The notes: generated by a model from the sequence alone, not told the origin. Numbered from the stretch's first letter, positions 1 through 10,137 are shown. The stretch is 46,239 nt of DNA from Candidatus Rokuibacteriota bacterium (GCA_031406795.1 JANOHV010000075.1:1-46239), one strand, 5' to 3'. Translations and numbers: made by a program.

Positions 1-2043
1 GCGATGCGCAAGGTCCTTCAGCGGGACCGTGAAGCGCTTTTCGCCGACCAGCACCGTCGCAGTCCCCTGCCCTTCGACCGGCTCGACCACCGTGCCCCAG
101 CTCTGCAGCAGATTGACGAAGACGCGCTCCCCGGCGGCCAGGGCCGCCGGCGGCGGCGCCGCCAGCTCCGGTGGTGCGAGGTGTTCGGCCGACAGATCGC
201 CGAGTCGTTTCGCGGCGGCCTTGACGCGATCGGTCGCCCCCGCGCCGGGCGTCTCGCGCAGCAGGCGCAACTGCTCCTTGAGTTCGCGCTCGGCCTCGCG
301 CAGCGCGGGGCGGACTTCGCGCTGGAGTTTTTCCTTGCGCTCGGTCCAGGCGCGTTGCTGCTGCGCCGCGTGCGCCTCCAGCTCGCGGCGCTCCAGCGCG
401 AGCGCCGCGCTCGCGGCGGCGGCCTCCCGGCGCTCGCGCACCGCCGCGCCGCGTTCGTGTTCGAGCTGCTCCATCAGCCGGTCGAAGCGCTCCTCGCCGA
501 TCGTGCGCTGCGCGCGGGCGCGCGCGATCACCGCCGGTTCGAGACCGTAATTCTCCGCGATCGCGAAGGCCTGGCTGCGTCCCGGGATGCCGGCGAGCAG
601 CCGATAGGTCGGCCGCAGCGTGCGATCGTCGAACTCCATCGCGGCGTTCATCGCGCCCGGGGTGGTCGCGGCGTAGATCTTGACGGCGTTGTGGTGCGTC
701 GTCGCGATGGTCACGGCGCCGCGGCGCTGCAGCTCCTCAAGGATGGCGACCCCGAGCGCCGCCCCCTCCGACGGGTCGGTGCCGGCGCCCAGCTCGTCGA
801 GCAGCACGAGCGCGCCCGGACCGGCCTTGCCGAGGATCGACACGACGTTCTTCACGTGCCCGGAGAAGGTCGAGAGATTCTGCTGGATCGACTGCTCGTC
901 CCCGATGTCGGCCAGCACCTGCGTGAAACAGCTCATGCCGGTGCCGGCCTCGCCGGGCACGTGCATCCCGCTCTGCGCCATCAGGCAGAAGAGCCCGGCG
1001 GTCTTGAGCACGACCGTCTTGCCGCCGGTGTTCGGCCCGGTGACCACCAGCGTGCGCACCTGCGCGCCCGCCGCCAGATCGATCGGCACCGTGCGCTCGC
1101 CGAGCGCGGCCAGCAGCAGCGGGTGGCGGGCGCCGACCAGCGCGATCCTCCCGTCCTCCTCGAAGATCGCCGGCTCCACCATCGCCCCGTCGTCCGCGTA
1201 CGCCGCGCGCGCCCAGATCGCCTCGAGCTCGGCCATCGCCGCCGTCGCGGTTCTGAGCTCCCCGCCGCGGTGGCGCACGCGCTCAGAGAGCATCCGCAGG
1301 ATGCGCCGCGTCTCCTCGCGCTCGGCGAGGATCTGCTCGCGCAGGACGTTGTTCATCTCGACGACCGCCTGCGGCTCCACGAACACCGTCTGCCCGCTGG
1401 CCGAACGATCGTGGACGATGCCGGGAACCGCGCCGCGGCTGCCGCTCTTCACCGGGATGACGTAGCGCTCCTCGCGCAGCGTCACGATCGGCTCCTGGAT
1501 CGCCGTGGCGTGCGCCGCCTCCCCCATCATCCGCTCCAGGGCGCCCACGACGTCGCGTCGGGCGCGGCCGATCCCGCGGCGCAGGCGCAGCAGCTCCTCG
1601 CTCGCGTCGTCGCGAACCTCCCCCTCCGGGGTCAGGCAGCGGCGGATCTCCCGCTCGACGTCGGCGACCTCCGGTATGCCGTCGGCGTGGTGCACAAGCT
1701 CCGGGCACCCTTCGGCGCCGCGGATTGCGCGGGCGATGCGCCCGCAGGCGCCGGCGAACTCCGCCACGAGCACGAGGTCCTGCCCGTCGATCCAGGCGTT
1801 TTCCGCGCGCAGCTGCTCCAGGTGCGGGGTGATGTCCCGCGAGCCGCCCCACGGCAGCGCGCCGTTGACCTCGCGCAGTTTTCGCATCTGCGATGTCTCG
1901 CGCAATCGCAGGCGCACCAGCCTTCGATCTGTCTGAGGCTCGCTGGCGGTGATCAGATCGGCCCCGAGCGAGGACGGCGCCCGCTCGCGCACAAGCTCGA
2001 CGACGCGTCGGAATTCCAGGACAGCGAGGCTATGTGGATCCAT
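1..2043 (-). CDS. mutS2: Endonuclease MutS2 (3' end runs off the window)
   Basis: Manual translation from ATG at 2043: MDPHSLAVLEFRRVVELV..., with Walker A VVTGPNTGGKTVVLK, ADIGDEQSIQQNLSTFSGHV and LLDELGAGTDPSEGAALG. Absent from the ORF track because there is no stop in the window. Confidence 0.93.
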   Translation of the reverse strand, partial: MDPHSLAVLEFRRVVELVRERAPSSLGADLITASEPQTDRRLVRLRLRETSQMRKLREVNGALPWGGSRDITPHLEQLRAENAWIDGQDLVLVAEFAGACGRIARAIRGAEGCPELVHHADGIPEVADVEREIRRCLTPEGEVRDDASEELLRLRRGIGRARRDVVGALERMMGEAAHATAIQEPIVTLREERYVIPVKSGSRGAVPGIVHDRSASGQTVFVEPQAVVEMNNVLREQILAEREETRRILRMLSERVRHRGGELRTATAAMAELEAIWARAAYADDGAMVEPAIFEEDGRIALVGARHPLLLAALGERTVPIDLAAGAQVRTLVVTGPNTGGKTVVLKTAGLFCLMAQSGMHVPGEAGTGMSCFTQVLADIGDEQSIQQNLSTFSGHVKNVVSILGKAGPGALVLLDELGAGTDPSEGAALGVAILEELQRRGAVTIATTHHNAVKIYAATTPGAMNAAMEFDDRTLRPTYRLLAGIPGRSQAFAIAENYGLEPAVIARARAQRTIGEERFDRLMEQLEHERGAAVRERREAAAASAALALERRELEAHAAQQQRAWTERKEKLQREVRPALREAERELKEQLRLLRETPGAGATDRVKAAAKRLGDLSAEHLAPPELAAPPPAALAAGERVFVNLLQSWGTVVEPVEGQGTATVLVGEKRFTVPLKDLAHR

Positions 2044-2096
2044 AATCGTTTCTCTTGATCGTCCTGTTCTTCCCTAGGGGCGAGAATGAGCTGGGT

Positions 2097-2124
2097 GGAG
2101 GGGTGGCGCGGAGGGGAGGCCTCC
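2097..2124. repeat. 28-bp G-rich intergenic repeat, copy 1
   Basis: GGAGGGGTGGCGCGGAGGGGAGGCCTCC; 27/28 identical to 3220-3247. Confidence 0.8.
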
Positions 2125-2141
2125 GTCGCCGCAAATTCTTT

Positions 2142-3095
2142 CTAGCTCCTCTTGAAGCGCTTGAACCCTGAGGTCTCGATGATCTCGAGCGGCCCCTGCT
2201 TCTCCAGCACGTCGAGAATGTGATTGATCCCGACGTTGTCGCTGGCAATGTGCCCGGCGATCACCGCATTGATGTGGTTCTTCTCCGCTTCCTTGATGTG
2301 ATCCTCCGACAGATGCATGCAGACCACGGTGCCGACATCGGTGCGCGAGAGCTTTTCGAAAGCCTCCTTCGATCCCTCCGTGCCGCCCGTCATGTCGACG
2401 AGGACCTTGCCGCAGCGGTTCTTTTCCGCCCCGCAGACGATCTTCGGGGGGATGCCCAAGCTCGCGGAGTGGCGATATTCCGGGATCTCCAGCAGCAGGT
2501 CGACCACCGCGCCGACGGTCTGAGGCCGCTTCGCGTCGAAGATCTTCTGCAGACACGAAACCACCTGGTTGTCCCCGGGGGTGTGCACGCACATGAACGG
2601 CAGGCCGAGCAGACGCGCGGCGTCGACGGCGCGGGTGTGGTTCAACGGCAGCAGCCGGCGCGAGACCTCGCCGATGCGCGTGTTCAGCAGCGCCTCCGCG
2701 GTCGCGATCGGCACGCCGACCGAGTGCAGGATGTCGGCCTGCATTCCCATGACATCGCCGAGCCTGGCGAGAGCGCGCCCCTCGGGGTGGTGGGTGAGCA
2801 CGAGATCGAGCCGCCGCTTTTCCCGCAGCCGGTCCGCAAGCATCAGCTCGCCGACCTCCATGTCGATGCCGACGATGATCGATTGCACCTCGGTCTCCGG
2901 GGCGCCGTTGAGGATGCGCGTGTCGGCGTAGGGGTTCGTCAGGCGCTCGTGGTCGAAGAATTCGCGGTCCTTCTCCTTGAGCTCGTCGTACTCTTTTTTC
3001 ACCGCGGCGAGTTCCTGCTCGATCCGTTCATTCCCGCGCGGGTCCGCATCGCGCCCCGCCTGCACCGCAGTGCGGTAGATGTCGATCAGCTTCAC
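2142..3095 (-). CDS. NIF3/NGG1p-interacting factor family protein
   Basis: NPYADTRIL, VGIDMEVGE, HHPEG, HTPGDN, DMTGGTEG and AGHIASDN motifs. Confidence 0.85.
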   Translation of the reverse strand: MKLIDIYRTAVQAGRDADPRGNERIEQELAAVKKEYDELKEKDREFFDHERLTNPYADTRILNGAPETEVQSIIVGIDMEVGELMLADRLREKRRLDLVLTHHPEGRALARLGDVMGMQADILHSVGVPIATAEALLNTRIGEVSRRLLPLNHTRAVDAARLLGLPFMCVHTPGDNQVVSCLQKIFDAKRPQTVGAVVDLLLEIPEYRHSASLGIPPKIVCGAEKNRCGKVLVDMTGGTEGSKEAFEKLSRTDVGTVVCMHLSEDHIKEAEKNHINAVIAGHIASDNVGINHILDVLEKQGPLEIIETSGFKRFKRS

Positions 3096-3219
3096 GTTCG
3101 CTCCTCCTGGCTGTTCTTCAGCTCATCACGCCGACGGGAATACCGCACGGCCGGAAGAGTGTACACCGAAAAGCCGGCGGCTCCTCGCCTGCCGCTGTCC
3201 TGTTCGTGAACGAGATGGC

Positions 3220-3247
3220 GGAGGGGTGGCGCGGAGGGGAGGTCTCC
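3220..3247. repeat. 28-bp G-rich intergenic repeat, copy 2
   Basis: GGAGGGGTGGCGCGGAGGGGAGGTCTCC; followed by hairpin GGGTAC-TGAAA-GTACTC near 3307-3323. Confidence 0.8.
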
Positions 3248-3341
3248 ATGGCGGAGCGCAGCGAGGCCGATGGAGGTCCGCAGCGACAGGACCCCGCAGC
3301 CTGCACGGGTACTGAAAGTACTCCGGGGACGTTTGGTTTCT

Positions 3342-3788
3342 TTACGCGGAGAAGCGGGCTTTAATCAGCTTGTTCACTTCGGCCCCGTCCGCGCGGCCGG
3401 CGATGCGCGGCACGATCCACTTCATGATCTTGCCGATGTCTTTCATCGACGCCGCCTGGGTCTCGGCGATCGCCTCGGCGACGAGCGCCTCGAGCTCCGC
3501 GGCGCCCATGCCGGCCGGGAGAAAGCCCTCGATGACCTTGAGCTCGGCGGTTTCCTTCTCGACCAGTTCCGGGCGGCCGCCTTTGGCGAACATCTCGATC
3601 GACTCCTGCCGCTTCTTCACGCCCGAGCGCAGGATGTTGACGATCTCGTTGTCCTCGAGGGGACGGCGCTTGTCGATCATGGCGTTCTTGATTTCGGAAA
3701 GGGAGAGCCGGATGGCCGCGACGGCCACCCGGTCCCCGGACTTCATCGCCGCCTTGAGCCCGTCTTCGAGCTGGTCTTTGAGGCTCAC
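3342..3788 (-). CDS. yqeY: GatB/YqeY domain protein
   Basis: MSLKDQLEDGLKAAMKS...KKRQESIEMF...GRADG; directly downstream of rpsU, the usual context. Confidence 0.9.
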   Translation of the reverse strand: MSLKDQLEDGLKAAMKSGDRVAVAAIRLSLSEIKNAMIDKRRPLEDNEIVNILRSGVKKRQESIEMFAKGGRPELVEKETAELKVIEGFLPAGMGAAELEALVAEAIAETQAASMKDIGKIMKWIVPRIAGRADGAEVNKLIKARFSA

Positions 3789-3800
3789 GGACAGCGTCTC

Positions 3801-3977
3801 CTACTTGCGCTTCTTCTTGCGGGCGGCCAGCGCCTTCTTCTTGCGACGGACGCTGGGCTTCTCGTAATGCTCCCGGCGGCGGATCTCGGAGAGGACGCCG
3901 GACTTCTCGCAAATCTTCTTGAAACGACGCAGGGCACTCTCGAAGGATTCATTTTCCCGAACCCGGATGCCAACCAT
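3801..3977 (-). CDS. rpsU: 30S ribosomal protein S21
   Basis: Manual translation (58 aa): [66 protein letters not shown] upstream. Confidence 0.97.
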   Translation of the reverse strand: MVGIRVRENESFESALRRFKKICEKSGVLSEIRRREHYEKPSVRRKKKALAARKKKRK

Positions 3978-4027
3978 CTAGTATGCTATCCCCCCCTTCA
4001 CCGCAATGTAGTCTGCGAAATTTTTGC

Positions 4028-4057
4028 ATTCTAACTGACATGTGCCAACAAACGCAA
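4028..4057 (-). promoter_or_regulatory. Putative sigma70 promoter of rpsU
   Basis: TTGCGT-18 nt-TAGAAT on the minus strand in an AT-richer gap. Confidence 0.45.
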
Positions 4058-4110
4058 GGAAAAAGGGCGCCCGGTGCGCTTCCCGCCGCAACGAATCCGC
4101 CCGCTCCCGG

Positions 4111-4479
4111 CTATTCCGCCGCTCGCGTCAGCGGCAGCGGCTGAAAGAAGCAGCTCACACTCCCGGTGTGGCAAGCCGGCCCGGTCTGGTCCACCAGCAC
4201 GAGCAGCGTGTCGGCGTCGCAGTCGGCGCGCACCTCGCGCACCCGCTGCAGACACCCTGAGGTCTCGCCCTTCTTCCAGAGCTTCTGGCGCGAACGACTC
4301 CAGAACACGGTGAACCCGGTCGTCAGCGTCAGTTCCAGCGACGCGCGGTTCATCCAGGCCACCATCAGCACCTCGTGGGTCGTGGCTTCCTGCACCACCG
4401 CCGTGATCAGACCATCCGCGCCGAACCTGAGCGGGGGAAGCGCCCCCGGCGGGAATTCCGTGTGCTGGTGTCCGCTCAT
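4111..4479 (-). CDS. hisI: Phosphoribosyl-AMP cyclohydrolase
   Basis: [32 protein letters not shown] and ACHTG..SCF motifs; start taken at MSGHQH. Confidence 0.93.
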   Translation of the reverse strand: MSGHQHTEFPPGALPPLRFGADGLITAVVQEATTHEVLMVAWMNRASLELTLTTGFTVFWSRSRQKLWKKGETSGCLQRVREVRADCDADTLLVLVDQTGPACHTGSVSCFFQPLPLTRAAE

Positions 4480-4548
4480 GCTTTCACGCACCTGGCGTCC
4501 CGGAACTGCGGCTCTGCGGTCATGGCTCGTGCTGCGCAACCTGGAGGG

Positions 4549-5133
4549 TCAAAGCACGCCTTTCGTCGAAAGCGGACCCGCGATGCGCGCGTCGGCGGTG
4601 GCGGCCTCGCCGAAGGCGCGACCGAACGCCTTGAAGAGCGCCTCGAGGATGTGGTGCTGGTTGCTGCCGTAGTTCAGCGAAAGGTGCACGGTGGCCTGGA
4701 GGTTGGTGACGAGTGCGCGGAAGAACTGCTCCGCAAGGTCGATGTCGAACCCCCCCATCTGCCCGGGGATGGTCGAAACGTTGTAGACCAGGTACGGACG
4801 GGTGACCAGATCGATGTGCACGCTCGCGAGCGCCTCGTCCATCGGGACCCCGGCCTGCCCGTAGCGACGGATGCCGGCACGGTCGCCGAGCGCCTGGCGC
4901 AACGCCTGACCGAGCGTGATGCCGACATCTTCGACCGTGTGGTGCAGATCGATGTCGGTATCGCCGGAGGCTTCGATCTGCAGGCTGAACAGCCCGTGTT
5001 TCGCCAGCAGGGTCAGCATGTGGTCGAAGAAGGGGATGGTGGTGCTTACCTGGATGGGACCGCCCTCGAGGCCGACCGTGACCGCGACCCGGGTCTCGGT
5101 GGTTTCGCGCCGGATGCTCCCCGTCCTGGCCAT
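4549..5133 (-). CDS. hisB: Imidazoleglycerol-phosphate dehydratase
   Basis: RETTET, FFDHML, DLHHTVEDVG, PMDEAL, NQHHILEALFKA and STKGVL motifs. Confidence 0.96.
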   Translation of the reverse strand: MARTGSIRRETTETRVAVTVGLEGGPIQVSTTIPFFDHMLTLLAKHGLFSLQIEASGDTDIDLHHTVEDVGITLGQALRQALGDRAGIRRYGQAGVPMDEALASVHIDLVTRPYLVYNVSTIPGQMGGFDIDLAEQFFRALVTNLQATVHLSLNYGSNQHHILEALFKAFGRAFGEAATADARIAGPLSTKGVL

Positions 5134-5200
5134 CGTGAATCTTCCCCGCTCCCGCCGTGCCAAGGTTGCCTGCTGCAAACGCCGGATTGTACCGCCGCAG

Positions 5201-5266
5201 ACAGTACCGCCGCCGCCGTGGTAAGTCAAGATTATTCTTGACATTAGGGTGAGTCGCCACTACCAT
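5201..5266. promoter_or_regulatory. Back-to-back sigma70 promoters for hisB (minus) and rpmH (plus)
   Basis: Plus: TTGACA(5238-5243)-17-TACCAT(5261-5266). Minus: TTGACT(5229-5224)-17-TACTGT(5206-5201). Confidence 0.65.
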
Positions 5267-5330
5267 TTCCCTCTTTGATGAACGGTATGGGACCGTTCGC
5301 AGCACAGGTTGGTGACGAGGAGAGCACTCG

Positions 5331-5465
5331 ATGTCCATTACGTATCAGCCGAAGAACAAGAAGCGTCAGCGGACCCACGGGTTCCTCGAGCGCATGAGCA
5401 CGGTCGGCGGCCGCAGGGTCATCAACCGGCGGCGGCAGAAGGGCCGGAAGAAGCTCAGCGTCTAG
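5331..5465 (+). CDS. rpmH: 50S ribosomal protein L34
   Basis: Manual translation (44 aa): [44 protein letters not shown]; precedes rnpA. Confidence 0.96.
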   Translation: MSITYQPKNKKRQRTHGFLERMSTVGGRRVINRRRQKGRKKLSV

Positions 5466-5475
5466 CCCGCGATTC

Positions 5476-5826
5476 ATGGGCGAGTTTGAATTCCCGACCG
5501 GTCTGCATCTCAAGAAGCCGTCGGAGTTCCGGGCGGTCTTCGACCGGGGGTCAAAGCGCCACACGCGGGGCTTCATTCTTTTTCGCGCGGCGAACCGTCT
5601 GGATCGGCCGCGCCTCGGCGTTTCGGTCAGCCGCAAGATCGGGGGAGCCGTCGTGCGCAATCGTGTCAAGCGGCTGATCCGCGAGGCCTTCCGACTGAAC
5701 TGGCGCGCCTGGGAACTCGCGGGCGCGGATCTCGTGGTGATCGCCAAGCGGGGAGTCGATGCGCTGAGCTTTCAGGAAGTCTCGCGGGAGTTCGCCGGTG
5801 CCCTGCCGTTTCGAACCCGCCGATGA
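5476..5826 (+). CDS. rnpA: Ribonuclease P protein component
   Basis: [25 protein letters not shown] (RNR motif). Confidence 0.96.
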   Translation: MGEFEFPTGLHLKKPSEFRAVFDRGSKRHTRGFILFRAANRLDRPRLGVSVSRKIGGAVVRNRVKRLIREAFRLNWRAWELAGADLVVIAKRGVDALSFQEVSREFAGALPFRTRR

Positions 5827-6041
5827 AGACCGGCGCCAGGCTGCTGATCGGCCTTCTAACCCTGTACCGGCGGTTCATCTCCCCGCTGCTGCCGGCCGCC
5901 TGCCGCTTTTACCCGTCATGTTCATGTTATGCCATTGAGTCAATTGAGAAATATGGTGTCGGTCGCGGGGCGCTGCTGACCCTGCGACGGCTCGCGAAGT
6001 GCCATCCTTTCCATCCCGGCGGGTACGACCCGGTTCGCTGA
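5823..6041 (+). CDS. yidD: Membrane protein insertion efficiency factor YidD
   Basis: CRFYPSCS and [13 protein letters not shown] motifs. Confidence 0.96.
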   Translation: MKTGARLLIGLLTLYRRFISPLLPAACRFYPSCSCYAIESIEKYGVGRGALLTLRRLAKCHPFHPGGYDPVR

Positions 6042-6061
6042 CCCGTCCGGTCGAGGAGCAC

Positions 6062-7756
6062 ATGGATAAGAGAACGATCCTGGCCGTCGGCCTGATCATC
6101 CTGGTGATCGGGGCCTACAATCTCTTCATCATCCCGACGTTCGCACCGCCGCCACCGCCGGCACCGCCGGCACCCCTGGCGCAGCGGGATGCACCGGCTC
6201 CCGCGCCGACGGCCGTCCAGCCGATCGCTGCGGTGCCCGCCGCTGTGCCCGGCCAGGCTCTCGCGCCTGCCCCGGTGGTGGCCGTGCCTGCCGAGGAGAT
6301 CGTGATCGATCGCCCCAACTGGGCGGCCACCTTCTCCAACGTCGGCGGGGGCCTCAAGAGTTGGGGGCTCAAGTCCTACACGTATGCCAAGGGTCAGCTC
6401 GATCCTGCCGGCGCCGCGATCGGGGGCGCGCCTCTCGAGATCGTGCGCCCCGGATCGGCAGCACCGCCGCTGTCGTTCACGTTTGTCGACCCGGCAACGC
6501 AGGCGGCTTTTTCCGCGCCCATGGCGATCACGAAGACGGCTGACGGCTTCACCCTGACGGGTGACGACAGCCATGGCCTGCGTCTGACCCGGACCTACCG
6601 TTTCTCCGCCGACCAGTACCTCATGGAAATGCTGATCTCCATCGAGAACAGCGGCGAGAGCCCGCGCTCGATCCCCTGGGAAATGGCGTTCGGCCCCGGC
6701 CTTGACCGCAATCTCCCTGAAAAGGACAAAACCGACGAGGGCATCAAAATTCTCGTGGCCGGGAGCCTGGACGATGTGAAGATCAAGAAGGTCGGCGAGC
6801 GCCGGGAGCTGGGGCAGGTTTCGTGGGCAGCCATCGGCAACCGCTACTTCCTCGCCGCCCTGGTGCCCATGGAGGGCTCGCTGTCGGCCTTTGCGCGGCG
6901 GACCACCACGACGGGCGAGGAGGTCGGCCTTCGCTCCGAGAGTGTCTCGCTCGCGCCGCGCCAGGCGGTGAGCTACCGCATCGCGACCTACCTCGGGCCC
7001 AAGGACCGGGCGCTGCTCACCGCGGCCGTCCCGGGCAAGGAGCTGGAGCGCGGCGTCGACTACGGCTGGTTCTGGTGGCTGGCGCTGCCCTTCCTGGTCA
7101 TCCTGCAGTTCTGTTTCAAATTCCTACACAGCTACGGCCTGGCCATTGTCGCGCTGACGCTGCTGGTCAAAGCCGCGCTCTTCCCGATCAGTTTCAAGAT
7201 GTTCCGCTCGATGAAGAAGATGCAGGAGCTCCAGCCAAAACTGGCGTCGCTCAAGGCGAAGTTCAAGGGCGACAACCAGGGCCTGCAGCAGGCGACCATG
7301 GCGATCTACAAGGAGCACAAAGTCAACCCGATGGCCGGCTGCCTGCCGATGGTCGTGCAGATCCCGGTCTTTTTCGCGCTGTACAAGGTGCTCTACAACG
7401 CAATCGAGCTGCGCGGCGCGGGGTTCCTCTACATTCCGGACCTCTCGCTCAAGGATCCCTACTACATCACGCCGATCCTGATGGGCGTGACGATGCTCAT
7501 CCAGCAGCGCATGACCCCGTCGGTCGGCGACCCGATGCAGGCGAAGATGATGATGTTCATGCCGGTGATCATGACCGCCATGTTCATCAACTTCTCCTCG
7601 GGACTGGTGCTCTATTTCCTCTTCTCGAACATCATGTCGATCGGCGAGCAGAAGCTCTTCCGCGCGATCGCCGCCCGGGGGCAGGCGAAGCCCGCCCCCG
7701 AGGACGATTCCGGCGGCGGCCGCAGGAAGAAACTGCCCCGCGAAAAACGCCAGTAA
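6062..7756 (+). CDS. yidC: Membrane protein insertase YidC
   Basis: MDKRTILAV N-terminal TM, VDYGWFW, NPMAGCLP and DLSLKDPYYITP motifs. Confidence 0.96.
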   Translation: MDKRTILAVGLIILVIGAYNLFIIPTFAPPPPPAPPAPLAQRDAPAPAPTAVQPIAAVPAAVPGQALAPAPVVAVPAEEIVIDRPNWAATFSNVGGGLKSWGLKSYTYAKGQLDPAGAAIGGAPLEIVRPGSAAPPLSFTFVDPATQAAFSAPMAITKTADGFTLTGDDSHGLRLTRTYRFSADQYLMEMLISIENSGESPRSIPWEMAFGPGLDRNLPEKDKTDEGIKILVAGSLDDVKIKKVGERRELGQVSWAAIGNRYFLAALVPMEGSLSAFARRTTTTGEEVGLRSESVSLAPRQAVSYRIATYLGPKDRALLTAAVPGKELERGVDYGWFWWLALPFLVILQFCFKFLHSYGLAIVALTLLVKAALFPISFKMFRSMKKMQELQPKLASLKAKFKGDNQGLQQATMAIYKEHKVNPMAGCLPMVVQIPVFFALYKVLYNAIELRGAGFLYIPDLSLKDPYYITPILMGVTMLIQQRMTPSVGDPMQAKMMMFMPVIMTAMFINFSSGLVLYFLFSNIMSIGEQKLFRAIAARGQAKPAPEDDSGGGRRKKLPREKRQ

Positions 7757-7937
7757 ACAACGGTGCAGGAGCCCGGGGAGCCTGCCATTCCCGTGCGGAC
7801 TTCGGGGTCCTGCCGGCCACCCCGCCGCCGGGGCGGACCGGTGCACTCGCGAACTGCGAGTGCACGCAGGATCAGGGGCGAAGCCCTTCCTCTCCGGCGC
7901 GTCGACCCGCGAGTCGGGACGACGTGAAAAGCGCCTC

Positions 7938-9323
7938 ATGAAGAGCCCCGGCGACGACACGATTGCGGCGGTGGCCACCGGGGCGGGGGGAGGCATCGGC
8001 ATCGTCCGGATCAGCGGCCCCGACGCGCTCGCCATCGCCGCCCGCATCTTCCACGGCCGGGGAGGGCGCTCACTCGAAACCGCCGCCCCTTTTCTTCTCG
8101 TGCTCGGCGCTGCACACGACCCCGATTCTTCCGAACCGATCGACGAGGTCTTCGCCGTCCACATGCCGGAGGGCCGCTCGTACACCGGCGAGCCGATGGT
8201 GGAGATCCAGGGCCACGGTGGCCGCGTCGTGCTCGAGGCTGTGCTGCGCGCCACCCTCGGCGCGGGCGCGCGGCACGCCGGTCCTGGAGAGTTCACCAAG
8301 CGCGCATTCCTCCGCGGCCGGCTCGATCTCACCCAGGCCGAAGCGGTGGCCGAACTGATCTGCGCCGAGGACGATGCATCGCGGCGCATCGCGCTGCGCC
8401 AGCTTCATGGCGCAGTCGCGAACGAAATCGACCACGTGCGCGAACGGCTGCTCGATCTTGTCGCTCGCGTCGAGGCCGCCCTTGATTTCGAGGAGGGGGA
8501 GATCCCCGATGAACTCCCCTCGCCGGATCAATTTGAGTTTCTCGCCGGCGAGATCAGGCGCCTGGCGGGAGGAGCCGGCAGCTCGGGCGGCTCGAGCAAG
8601 GGCGTGCGCGTCGCGTTCGCAGGGCGCGCTAATTCAGGAAAATCAAGTATTTTCAATTACTTACTTGATTTCGAACGATCGCTTGTCGCCCCACTTCCCG
8701 GTACGACCAGAGACTATATCGAGGAGCGGTCCATGATTGGCGGGGCTGCGGTGACCCTGATCGATACGGCCGGCCTGCGTGCGACTGCCGACCTCGTGGA
8801 AGCCGCGGGGATACAGAGGAGCCTCCAACGGATCAAGGACGCCGATCTCGTCATCCTGGTCCTGGATGGATCGGAACCCGCCCACCCCGATGACCGGGGA
8901 CTCTTCGAACTTGCGTCAGACCGCTCGCCAATGGTCATCATCAGCAAAGCCGACTTGCCGGCGCGCCTCGACCTCATCGCCTGCCGCTCCACTGCGGTCG
9001 ATCTCCCGCTCTTCAACCTCTCGACGGTCACCGGCTCGGGTTTTCCTGAATTCACCGCCGCCCTGACCAGCCGCTGCCAAGCCGCTCGCCGGGCGAACGG
9101 CCCCGCGACGACGGTACCGAACATCCGGCACCGTGACGCTCTGGAGAGGGCCTCGGAGCACCTTGGCGCCGCGGCCCTGCACGCGCATTCGGGCGAAGGA
9201 GTGCTTGATCGGGTGGCGCTCGAGCTTCTTATGGCGTTAGCTGCGCTCGGAGAAATTTCCGGCCAGACCGCGACCGAGGAAATCCTCGAGCGTATCTTCG
9301 GCCGCTTCTGTGTCGGGAAATAG
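7938..9323 (+). CDS. mnmE: tRNA modification GTPase MnmE
   Basis: DTIAAVAT, SYTGE, GEFTKRAF, GRANSGKSS, GTTRD, DTAG and C-terminal FCVGK. Confidence 0.95.
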   Translation: MKSPGDDTIAAVATGAGGGIGIVRISGPDALAIAARIFHGRGGRSLETAAPFLLVLGAAHDPDSSEPIDEVFAVHMPEGRSYTGEPMVEIQGHGGRVVLEAVLRATLGAGARHAGPGEFTKRAFLRGRLDLTQAEAVAELICAEDDASRRIALRQLHGAVANEIDHVRERLLDLVARVEAALDFEEGEIPDELPSPDQFEFLAGEIRRLAGGAGSSGGSSKGVRVAFAGRANSGKSSIFNYLLDFERSLVAPLPGTTRDYIEERSMIGGAAVTLIDTAGLRATADLVEAAGIQRSLQRIKDADLVILVLDGSEPAHPDDRGLFELASDRSPMVIISKADLPARLDLIACRSTAVDLPLFNLSTVTGSGFPEFTAALTSRCQAARRANGPATTVPNIRHRDALERASEHLGAAALHAHSGEGVLDRVALELLMALAALGEISGQTATEEILERIFGRFCVGK

Positions 9324-9330
9324 GCCAGCG

Positions 9331-9993
9331 GTGAATGATTCGCAGCGAGAACTGCTGGTTTCCGGAGCCGCCGGGCTGGGGGTCGAACTCACCGACGACG
9401 CTTTGGAGCGCTTCTCGGCCTACCTGGCCCTGCTCCAGGTGTGGGGAAAGAAGATCAACCTCACCACCCGCCTGGAGGCGTCGGAAGCGATCGTCTATCA
9501 TTTCCTCGACTCCCTGGCCGGGGCCGCCATCCTCTCGGGAGCCCCGACTGCTCGCGTGGTCGATCTCGGCGCCGGCGCCGGGCTGCCGGCGCTGCCGCTG
9601 AAATTCGCTTTGCCCGGGCTTCGGTTGCTGCTCGTAGAGAGCGTCCGAAAGAAAGTCGCCTTCTGCCAGGAAGCCATCCGGGCTACCGGCGTGACGGGAG
9701 TGGAGGCGATCTGGGGCAGGGGAGAGGAATTCGGCGCCAGCCCGAAGCACCATCGGGGATACGACTGGGCCGTCAGCCGGGCGCTCGGAGCTTCCGCGGA
9801 CGTTGCCAGGCTGGCGCTTCCGTTTCTCGCCCCGGGTGGTCGTCTCCTCCTCTACAAGGGGGAACCGGACCTCAGAGAACTCCAGGAGCTCGAATCATTC
9901 TGCAGGGAGGGAGGCGGTTCCTGGGAGCTGCGCAAGGTTAATGTGCCCCATCTGAAGGCCGCGCGATCCCTGATTGTTGTCAAATTCCGGTAG
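9331..9993 (+). CDS. rsmG: 16S rRNA m7G527 methyltransferase RsmG
   Basis: WGKKINLT, HFLDSL, DLGAGAGLP and VSRAL motifs; GTG start assumed. Confidence 0.92.
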   Translation: MNDSQRELLVSGAAGLGVELTDDALERFSAYLALLQVWGKKINLTTRLEASEAIVYHFLDSLAGAAILSGAPTARVVDLGAGAGLPALPLKFALPGLRLLLVESVRKKVAFCQEAIRATGVTGVEAIWGRGEEFGASPKHHRGYDWAVSRALGASADVARLALPFLAPGGRLLLYKGEPDLRELQELESFCREGGGSWELRKVNVPHLKAARSLIVVKFR

Positions 9994-10121
9994 GCCCTGA
10001 CGTACAAACTCACCTCTCGTTCGCGTGCGCGAGGCATCGGAGGCAGCCCTTCGGTCGTGCGTCAGCGCCGCTCCGTGCTTTTCGGCGGCGCCGCGCATCT
10101 TCCCCAACGGGGCCGAAGCGA

Positions 10122-10137
10122 TGTTCCACGTGGAACA
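10122..10137. promoter_or_regulatory. parS: parS site 1
   Basis: Perfect palindrome TGTTCCACGTGGAACA upstream of parA. Confidence 0.93.

Noticed and set aside
4-2058. 684-aa plus-strand ORF
   Set aside because: Antisense shadow of mutS2; Arg-rich and without motifs, a typical high-GC artefact.
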